Source: Acidimicrobiales bacterium (GTDB taxonomy: Bacteria; Actinomycetota; Acidimicrobiia; Acidimicrobiales; GCA-2861595). Taken from it: a stretch of DNA of 64,000 nucleotides. The translations under genes were made by a program, and so were the position numbers. Each line of letters starts with the position of its first letter. The first letter of the stretch is position 1. The stretch spans positions 636,473 to 700,472 of the forward strand of contig JAUJNQ010000002.1 of NCBI GenBank assembly GCA_030448025.1, read 5' to 3'. Of the stretch, positions 9,311 to 15,956 are shown piece by piece. The notes under the pieces were generated by a model. It saw only the letters and a list, made by a program, of their open reading frames with translations, did no database searches and was not told the DNA's origin.

Positions 9311-10739
9311 ATGGGCCCTATGGACGAAGCCCGAACAATCACAGAGAACACCAAGACCGAGGTATCGGACGTGCCCCTCGAGCGTCTCGAGAGCGAAACT
9401 GCGAGCTTGCCGCCCACCTCTCAGCGGCCACCTGCCGGTGGCTGGGGATGGTGGCGGAGTTCGACCGGCGAGAGGGGTGGACCGACTGGGGGTGCCGGTC
9501 GTGTGCTCACTGGCTTAACTGGCGCTGCGGGCTGGACTTGAGGGCGGGCCGCGAGCACGTTCGAATGGCCCGATCCATGGAGAACCTGCCCCACATCAAG
9601 GGAGCCTTCGGCCGCGGAGAGCTGAGCTACTCCAAGGCCCGGGCCCTCACCCGTGTCGCCACGCCCGAGAGCGAGGAGGACCTGGTGGCCATGGCCGCCC
9701 TGCCACCGCCGCCCACCTGGAGAAGCTGGTGCGGACCTACCGGCGAGCGACGCGGCCCGATGACCTGGGGGAGGTGAACGCCCGCCACGCCGAACGTCAC
9801 CTCACCTGCCACTGGGACGAGGACGGGTCTCTCGTCGTTCAAGGTCGGTTGTCGCCCGAGGACGGCGCTCTTGTCATCAAGGCGCTCGAGGCCGCGGCTG
9901 ACATGCGTTCCGGGGAACGCAAAGGCGGTTCTGCGGAACCGTCGATGCCCAAGGGTGGTTCCGCGGAACCGTCGAAACCCAGGGACGGAGCCGACGGCTG
10001 GGGGGCACGCAACGCCGGCGCTCTCGTCACCATGGCCGAGACACTGCTCGCCACAGGGCCCACGTCCCAGCCGGGTGGCGAGCGGTACCAGGTGGTCGTC
10101 CACGCCGACTTCGAGACCCTCGCCGGTCACCGCGATGGGGACGGCGAGCGCTGCGAGCTCGAAGATGGCCCGGCTATCGTCGCCGAGACCGCCCGTCGCC
10201 TGAGCTGCGACGCGAGCCTCGTCGCCATGCTCGAGGCAGACGGCGAGCCACTGAACGTGGGTCGCAAGACGCGCTCCATCCCGCCGGCCATTCGCAGGGC
10301 TCTTCGCTCCCGTGACGGCGGGTGCCGTTTCCCTTCATGCACCAACCGACGGTTCGTGGATGGTCACCATGTAAGGCACTGGGCTCACGGAGGCGAGACC
10401 AGCCTTTCCAACCTCTTGGAGCTGTGCCGCGCCCACCACAGGCTCGTCCACGAGGGCGGGTTCGAGATCGAGCGAGGTTCCGACGACGGCTTCACTTTCC
10501 ACCGTCCCGACGGTGAGCGCATTCCCGCCGCTCCGCCGGCCAGCATCGTCTCCAAAGGCGACGAGGTGGTTCCGCGGAACCGCCACGCCGGGCTCACCAT
10601 CGACCACCGCACCGGCGTGCCCTCATGGGGCGGCGAGACCCTCGACTACGGGCTGGCCCTCGACAACCTCCTGGGCCGCGCCGGCCTGCTGGACTTCCCC
10701 TTCGGGGGCCGAGCCGAACAGGAGTCGAGTAACGCATAG
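9311..10739 (+). pseudogene. DUF222 / HNH endonuclease (REP13E12-like), interrupted by two frameshifts
   Basis: Three consecutive ORFs lie in three frames (9311.., 9448.., 9729..). Joined together they read LERLESETASL|AAHLSAATCRWLGMVAEFDRREGW...SYSKARALTRVATPESEEDLVAMA|ATAAHLEKLVRTYRRATRPDD. The HNH core is CRFPSC...HHVRHWAHGGETSLSNLLELCRAHHRLVHEGG. Confidence 0.85.
9924..9983 (+). repeat. 30-bp tandem duplication (25/30 identical), each unit carrying the palindrome GGTTC(T/C)GCGGAACC
   Basis: ggcggttctgcggaaccgtcgatgcccaag / ggtggttccgcggaaccgtcgaaacccagg. The units encode GGSAEPSMPK / GGSAEPSKPR. Confidence 0.9.
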
Positions 10740-10938
10740 AGCAGGTCTCGCGTCCGCATCGGCCACCGTTTGTGGTACCCCCCGAACGGCAAATGTGGGA
10801 CGCACCTGCGGACGAGTCCACGGGCTGCCGGTGTCACCGGCACGTCGCGCAAACCGAACGCAGGCGCTGCTGATAGATGTCGATAGATGTCGAGCAGGCG
10901 TGTCCTCGACCGTTGGCTCGGCGTCGCCAACCACGACG

Positions 10939-11370
10939 TCAACGATCAGCAGGAGCAGTCAGATCCTCCGGATAGGTGACGTCGATCTCTGTGATCGTCT
11001 TGGGGAAGTCCGAGATGTTGTTGGTGAGAAAGCGGTCTGCGCCGGCACCGACGGCTGTTGCAAGGTGAATCGCATCCGCGGCCCGAAGTCCATAGGACGC
11101 ACCGAGCGCCGTCGCCAGTTCGGCCGTCGCCTCGTCCGTCGAGCGTAGGTCGAGCCGGCTGAGAAGCGCGCCAAGCTCATCCAGGTCATCCGTCGCGTGC
11201 TCACGGAGCGGCTTGGTCAGCAACTGCGGAAGGAGCAGCACGGAGCCGATTCCGGCGACGACGCCAGACGCCTCGACCGGATCGGTGGGAAACAACGCAC
11301 GAACTCTCCGCCCCAGCTCATGGTCGGCCACGGCGGCGTAGATCAAGACGTCGGCATCGAACGCGTCCAC
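10939..11370 (-). CDS. PIN-domain toxin (VapC-like)
   Basis: GTG 11370 opens VDAFDADVLIYAA. LRAADAIHLATAVGAGADRFLTNN is also present. It lies 13 nt downstream of a Phd-type antitoxin. Confidence 0.8.
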   Translation of the reverse strand: MDAFDADVLIYAAVADHELGRRVRALFPTDPVEASGVVAGIGSVLLLPQLLTKPLREHATDDLDELGALLSRLDLRSTDEATAELATALGASYGLRAADAIHLATAVGAGADRFLTNNISDFPKTITEIDVTYPEDLTAPADR

Positions 11371-11383
11371 GTCCTGGGAGTCT

Positions 11384-11683
11384 CTAGCGGGTCGCGCGAG
11401 CGGCTTGGACGTCGGCCACGAGAGCGTCAGCTCGCTCCTCACTGAGCGTCGGCCGGGGTGGAAGCCGTCTCGTTCTGGCCCGAGCGAGGACATCCCGTAG
11501 GCGTTCCGTAGCGGCCAATGCTTCGTCTGCTCGGCGAACACGGAGGGTGTCTGGCCGAACGACGACGGCGACGGGTCTGCCGTGGCGGGTGAGAGTCACC
11601 TCTTCGCCGGCAAGAACTCGGTCGAGGATCTGGGGAAGGGCGGCTCGAGCCTCGCTCACGGTGATCGTCTTCGACACGTCCAT
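11384..11683 (-). CDS. Phd/YefM-type antitoxin
   Basis: SKTITVSEARAALPQILDRVLAGEEVTLTRHGRPVAVVV. The gene may start at the in-frame GTG (11675-11677) as a leaderless mRNA. Confidence 0.85.
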   Translation of the reverse strand: MDVSKTITVSEARAALPQILDRVLAGEEVTLTRHGRPVAVVVRPDTLRVRRADEALAATERLRDVLARARTRRLPPRPTLSEERADALVADVQAARATR

Positions 11684-11685
11684 GA

Positions 11686-11714
11686 ATTATACGTTCACGT
11701 ACTGTTACGTACAA
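11686..11714 (-). promoter_or_regulatory. sigma-70-type promoter of the Phd/PIN operon
   Basis: The minus strand reads TTGTAC-17 nt-TATAAT, with the -10 element ending 2 nt before ATG and 8 nt before the in-frame GTG. The spacer carries TACGT/ACGT repeats that could act as an operator. Confidence 0.55.
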
Positions 11715-11898
11715 ACATCCTGGTTCTCGTCACCATGGCGAACCTGGGCCCGCAGCCGGCTTGCTGGACGACCCCATCGCAGGCCAAGTGGGAACAAGTC
11801 GCCGTAGCCCACAGGGAGGTTGTCTCACCCTCCTGGCATCCTGGTGACGGCCCTTCCCCCTCGCCGACTGTTCTGCGCGTCCGAGGGGGAGCCATGGC

Positions 11899-12135
11899 GT
11901 GTCGCTCACAGGCCCGTCGCTAACGTGGCGACGCTCGGGTGTGCGCCAGGCGCTGAACGACGTGCGGGCGGTGTTGGCTGATGGGGCTATCTCCCGGGAC
12001 GAGGCTGCAAGGAGGATCGTGAAGGTCGTCGGGACCTTCGGCCTCCAGCCGGTGGAGCCGCCGCCCATCCTGGAACCCATCGAGGAGTCCGATGTGGGCG
12101 TGGTGTGCTGGATGGGCGTGCTGCCGGCACCCTGA
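11899..12135 (+). CDS. hypothetical small protein
   Basis: GAGGGGGAG lies 7 nt before GTG 11899. The sequence ALNDVRAVLADGAISRDEAARRIVKVVGTFGLQPVEPPPILEPIEESDVGVVCWMGV looks protein-like. I did not recognise a family. Confidence 0.45.
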   Translation: MSLTGPSLTWRRSGVRQALNDVRAVLADGAISRDEAARRIVKVVGTFGLQPVEPPPILEPIEESDVGVVCWMGVLPAP

Positions 12136-12266
12136 TCCCACGCCCAGTCCGTGAGCGATGGTGGGTCCTCCACAGGTAATCCCGATGTTTCCCACCTTTC
12201 GATCCCCAAGCCACGGCCCGTAGGTTCGCGGTCAGACACCGACTGGGTCGGTCACGGTACGGTAAG

Positions 12267-12282
12267 TCGAACGTGTGTTCGC
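12267..12282. promoter_or_regulatory. LexA (SOS) box TCGAACGTGTGTTCGC
   Basis: Perfect CGAAC-N4-GTTCG palindrome 42 nt upstream of the PanA ATG 12324. A TANNNT candidate (TAGCCT, 12283-12288) follows immediately. Confidence 0.65.
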
Positions 12283-12323
12283 TAGCCTAGCGCACGGACC
12301 GCCAACAACGATTGCGAAGAGAG

Positions 12324-12863
12324 ATGGACATCGCCTACGACGAGGACAAGCTGGCCGAGCTCCTTCTGCATGTCGCAGGCTCCCTCGCTGGCCACCCTTC
12401 GGCCGGTGCCACCAAGCTCAACAAGCTGCTGTTCTTCGCCGAGCTCGCCCACGTTCGAGCCCACGGCCGGCCCATCACAGGGGCTGAGTACCAGCGCCTG
12501 GCCCACGGCCCGGCGCCGCGGCGCCTCGTGCCGATCCGCGAGCGTCTTCTGGCCAATGGTGACGCTGTTCTGCGCAAGGAGGTGTTCGTGGGACGCATCC
12601 AGGAACGCCTGGAGCCACGGCGCCAGGCCGACCTTTCGCGCTTCGAGGACACGGAGCTGGCCACGATCAACGAGGTGATCGAGCAGCTCGGCGAGCGCAC
12701 GGGTACGGAGTTGAGCGAACTGTCGCACCGAGAGCCGGCATGGAACCTCGTCGCCGAGGGCGAGACCATCCCGTACGAGGCTGCGTTCCTGCGGCCCGGC
12801 CCTGCGGGGCCAAGGGCGCTGGCATACGCGCGGGAGCTGGCCGCCAGGCAACGACCCGGCTGA
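12324..12863 (+). CDS. Panacea-domain (DUF4065, SocA/PanA-like) antitoxin
   Basis: GATKLNKLLFFAELAHVRAHGRPITGAEYQRLAHGPAP...LSELSHREPAWNLVAEGETIPYE. ATG 12324 is preceded by GAAGAGAG. The track start TTG 12312 is also possible. Confidence 0.85.
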   Translation: MDIAYDEDKLAELLLHVAGSLAGHPSAGATKLNKLLFFAELAHVRAHGRPITGAEYQRLAHGPAPRRLVPIRERLLANGDAVLRKEVFVGRIQERLEPRRQADLSRFEDTELATINEVIEQLGERTGTELSELSHREPAWNLVAEGETIPYEAAFLRPGPAGPRALAYARELAARQRPG

Positions 12864-12864
12864 A

Positions 12865-13095
12865 TTGGTGCCTCGCCGCCGGGCTGTTCGCCATGGAGCG
12901 GAGTTCTCGGCTAGGGCCCGTCAGCGCTTTCCGCCCGGCGGCTCGCCTGAAGGTCGCCCGTCGTTCGAGCTCTTCGCCGAGACGGTCCTGAGGGCAGTGG
13001 AGACAGCGCTCAGCCGCGACTTCGAGGGCCAGCTTGCCGAGACCCCGGGCTCGCCGATTCGGATGGTGCTGACAGCGGCTAGGTGGCGATGGTGA
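12865..13095 (+). CDS. hypothetical protein coupled to PanA (candidate toxin, probably 3'-truncated)
   Basis: TTG 12865 / GTG 12868 lie 1-4 nt after the PanA stop. The sequence reads FSARARQRFPPGGSPEGRPSFELFAETVLRAVETALSRDFEGQLAETPGSPIRMVLTAA. It ends inside the breakpoint with the XPB fragment. Confidence 0.4.
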   Translation: MVPRRRAVRHGAEFSARARQRFPPGGSPEGRPSFELFAETVLRAVETALSRDFEGQLAETPGSPIRMVLTAARWRW

Positions 13096-13775
13096 CGGGG
13101 CGGATCTCCTTGCGCTCGCCCGAGTACTCCCCGATGTCCTCTTCGCTGAGCGAGGTCCGAGCCAGCAGCTCCCGGCGCCACTGGCGTGCCGACACGGTGT
13201 TGGTGACCAGTATCAGGGTCTTGGCGCCGCCCCGGGCCAGGGCGGCGGCGCCCACGATGGTCTTGCCCGCGCCGCACGGCAGCACGACAACTCCGCTGCC
13301 GCCGGCGAAGAAGCCTTCGACGGCCTGGCTCTGGTACGGGCGCAGGTCCCAGCCGTGCTCGGGTCCGCTCAGGAGGTGAACGCCGAACGAGGCGCCGTCC
13401 ACGTACCCGGCCTGGTCGTCCGCCGGCCACCCGACCTTGACGAGGGCCTGCTTGAGCCGGCCTCGCTCGCCGGCCCGGACGGCAACCACCTCGGGTCCGA
13501 GTCGGATGCCGAGAAGGGGCGCCACGTGGCGGGAGCGGAGGACCTCTTCGAGCACGGCGACGTCTCCAGGACTACCGGCCCGCAGAGCCAGACCTGCCTT
13601 GGCGTGCTCCTCGAGCACCAATCGACCGTAGCGGGCCATGAGGTCGACCACGTCGACCAGCAGGGCCTGGGGAACGGGGTAGCGGGACCAGGTGACGAGA
13701 GCGTCGACCACCAGACGGGCTACGAGGAGGAGGTGCTCGAGATCGTGAGGATCGCCAACGAGGTCGTGTTCGCCC
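13079..13775 (-). pseudogene. XPB/Ercc3-type SF2 DNA helicase fragment (both ends missing)
   Basis: VVDALVTWSRYPVPQALLVDVVDLMARYGRL...GWDLRPYQSQAVEGFFAGGSGVVVLPCGAGKTIVG...LILVTNTVSARQWRRELLARTSLSEEDIGEYSGERKEIRPVTIAT, then a stop. Motif II and everything after it are absent. Confidence 0.8.
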
Positions 13776-13802
13776 GTTCGGGACGAGCTGCTCCAGCGGG
13801 AA

Positions 13803-15317
13803 GTGGCGGTCAAGCAGGTCGAGCTGCCCGATTGGCTGCCCGAACCGGAATGCGAGGTGGTGCAGGCGAGGGTGCTGCGAGAGGCCCGGGCGGCTGCCCG
13901 ACTCGTCCATCCAGCGCTGGTCACCGTCTTCGACGTCATCCAGGAGCAGGGGAACGTCTACATAGTGATGGAGCTGGTGATCGCCCGCACGCTGGGCGAG
14001 CGGATCAGGGAGCGGGGGCCTCTGGCGCCGGCGGCCGCCGCCCAGCTCGGCCTCGGCCTCCTCGGTGGGATGGAAGCCGCTCACCGCTCAGGGATCGTCC
14101 ACCGCGACCTGAAGCCCGGCAACATCATGTTCCTCAACGACGGCTCGGTGAAGCTTGCCGACTTCGGTGTGGCATCGGTCGTGGATTACCCCAGCATCAC
14201 GCGCACCGGCCTGGTGGTGGGATCACCCTCCTACATGGCCCCCGAACAGGTCCGAGGGGAGCGCAGCACCTCTGCCGCTGACCTGTGGGGCTTGGGTGCC
14301 ACCCTCTATTACGCAGTCGAGGGACGGTCCCCGTTCGAGCGGGACAGCGTCATGGCGACGCTCAACGCCGTTGTCCATGAGGAGTTCCCCGAACCGACCA
14401 GCGCCGGCCCGCTGGCGGCCGTGATCTCCTCGCTGCTGGCCAAGGATCCCGACCAGCGTCCGACCGTCGCCGCCGTGCGCCAGAAGCTCACGCCGATGGC
14501 AGAAGGGACTCGACAGGCACCGGAGGCCAGCCCGTTCGTTCCCGCGCCGCCTGTTCCAGAGGAGCAACAAGATCGCCCTGAGGACACCGCAGTCATCCCC
14601 GCTCTGCCCAGCCCTTCGCCGCCCAGCCCTTCGCCGCCACCCTCCCGGCACCAGCTGAGCCTCCGGCGGTGGCGTTCGGCCTGGGTGGCGGGCCTCGGTG
14701 CTGTGGCCGCCTTGGCACTGGGGGCATGGTTGCTGTCCGGCCTCGACGAGGAGCGCGCCTCACCGACTCCGACGGCCCCCACTGAGGCTGCGCCCCAAGG
14801 AGGCACGACCGCCACGACGAAGGAACCGAGCCAGGCCGGGCGACGACCGACGAGGCCAGCGACCGTGGATCGAGCCGTGCCCGCGGACTGGCTGGCCTAT
14901 GTCGATCCGGCCACCGGTTACCGCATCGCCCATCCGCCGGATTGGCAGGTCCGCCAGGTCGATCGAACCCGCACCGACATCCGGGATCCCAAGACCGGCT
15001 CCTACCTGCGCGTCGACTGGACCGACAAACCTGGTCCGTCGCCGGTCGCTGCCTGGCAGGACTTCTCGAGGACGTTCGCGTCCAGGCAACAGGACTATCG
15101 CGAGGTGCGCATCGAGCCCACCACCTACAAGGGCTTGGATGCCGCCATCTGGGAGTACACCTATTCATCGCGGGGCGGGCGGCTGCACGCCGTCAACCTG
15201 GGCATGGTGACCGGCAAGCACGGGTTCGCCCTGAACTTCCAGAGCAATGACGAGGTCTGGGAGGAGTCCCAGGACGCATTCGAGGCGTTCAAGGCGGCCT
15301 TCGAGCCCGTGCGCTGA
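13803..15317 (+). CDS. transmembrane Ser/Thr protein kinase lacking the glycine-rich loop (5'-truncated or frameshifted)
   Basis: VAVK, HRDLKPGNIMF, DFGVA and SPSYMAPE are present. The TM segment is WVAGLGAVAALALGAWLL, followed by an extracytoplasmic C-domain. An in-frame TGA at 13746-13748 lies upstream. Confidence 0.8.
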   Translation: MAVKQVELPDWLPEPECEVVQARVLREARAAARLVHPALVTVFDVIQEQGNVYIVMELVIARTLGERIRERGPLAPAAAAQLGLGLLGGMEAAHRSGIVHRDLKPGNIMFLNDGSVKLADFGVASVVDYPSITRTGLVVGSPSYMAPEQVRGERSTSAADLWGLGATLYYAVEGRSPFERDSVMATLNAVVHEEFPEPTSAGPLAAVISSLLAKDPDQRPTVAAVRQKLTPMAEGTRQAPEASPFVPAPPVPEEQQDRPEDTAVIPALPSPSPPSPSPPPSRHQLSLRRWRSAWVAGLGAVAALALGAWLLSGLDEERASPTPTAPTEAAPQGGTTATTKEPSQAGRRPTRPATVDRAVPADWLAYVDPATGYRIAHPPDWQVRQVDRTRTDIRDPKTGSYLRVDWTDKPGPSPVAAWQDFSRTFASRQQDYREVRIEPTTYKGLDAAIWEYTYSSRGGRLHAVNLGMVTGKHGFALNFQSNDEVWEESQDAFEAFKAAFEPVR

Positions 15318-15331
15318 AGTTCAGCTCCGCC

Positions 15332-15667
15332 TTACCCTTTGCACAGCGCACGCTGGACTTGCTGCTTACATGAAGGACAGTGGAGGTGCGAGCGAGCGGT
15401 CAGTCCGCGGTTCCTCGTTCGACTATCCACTCCTGACCCTGGCCGATGGTCGGCGTCGGTCACCGGCACATAGGGGAACGCCAACAGGCGGTCGGTCAGG
15501 GCGACGTAGTCGCCATGGTTGCGAGCGGAGTATCCGAGCTCGAAGGCGACGGGCGCGCAGAGGCCAACCGTCCCCTCGGCGGCACGGGGGGCGAAGGCCG
15601 CCGCCACGCACGGCTTCGACAGTCGGGCGAAGACGCTTGTATCAGCGAGGTACCGCAGCCGGGCCAC
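15332..15667 (-). pseudogene. vapC (PIN) with an internal deletion/frameshift
   Basis: The N-terminus is ARLRYLADTSVFARL...PVTDADH. The expected C-terminus GQGQEWIVERGTAD-stop (stop at 15390-15392) follows directly, but in the +1 frame. About 50 central residues are missing compared with typical VapC. Confidence 0.75.
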
Positions 15668-15873
15668 CTACTCGTCGGCCCCCAGGCCTGCTCGGCGGCC
15701 GAGAAATCAAAGCGGCCTTCCTCGCTCAGAAGCGAGACCAGTTCGAGGCGACGCTTGGCATGGACGACTTCCTTCATCGATTCGTTGATCGTGTCACGCA
15801 ACGTCGTCGTACCGAGGATGGCGGGCGCCTGTCTGGCGACATCTCGATCTACCTCGACGGATGTCTTGGACAT
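15496..15873 (-). CDS. VapB-type antitoxin, with 3' read-through apparently caused by a 1-nt loss
   Basis: MSKTSVEVDRDVARQAPAILGTTTLRDTINESMKEVVHAKRRLELVSLLSEEGRFDFSAAEQAWG. The frame that would give ADE-TAG directly abutting the vapC GTG (15665-15667) is offset by one base at the C5 run 15679-15683. Confidence 0.6.
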   Translation of the reverse strand: MSKTSVEVDRDVARQAPAILGTTTLRDTINESMKEVVHAKRRLELVSLLSEEGRFDFSAAEQAWGPTSRWPGCGTSLIQASSPDCRSRAWRRPSPPVPPRGRLASARPSPSSSDTPLATMATTSP

Positions 15874-15956
15874 GGCTTCAAGATATCTCAATGAGGGGCA
15901 GCTCCATGATGGGGGCAGGACCCGCAATCGAGTCGTCACGTACACTGCCTTGGCCC

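Noticed and set aside
10872-10891. A tandem 10-bp duplication, gatagatgtc x2, lies in the spacer between the HNH gene and the PIN gene. I checked whether it was a repeat array or CRISPR-like.
   Set aside because: There are only two units with no spacers, and no further copies were seen in the window. It is probably a slippage duplication.
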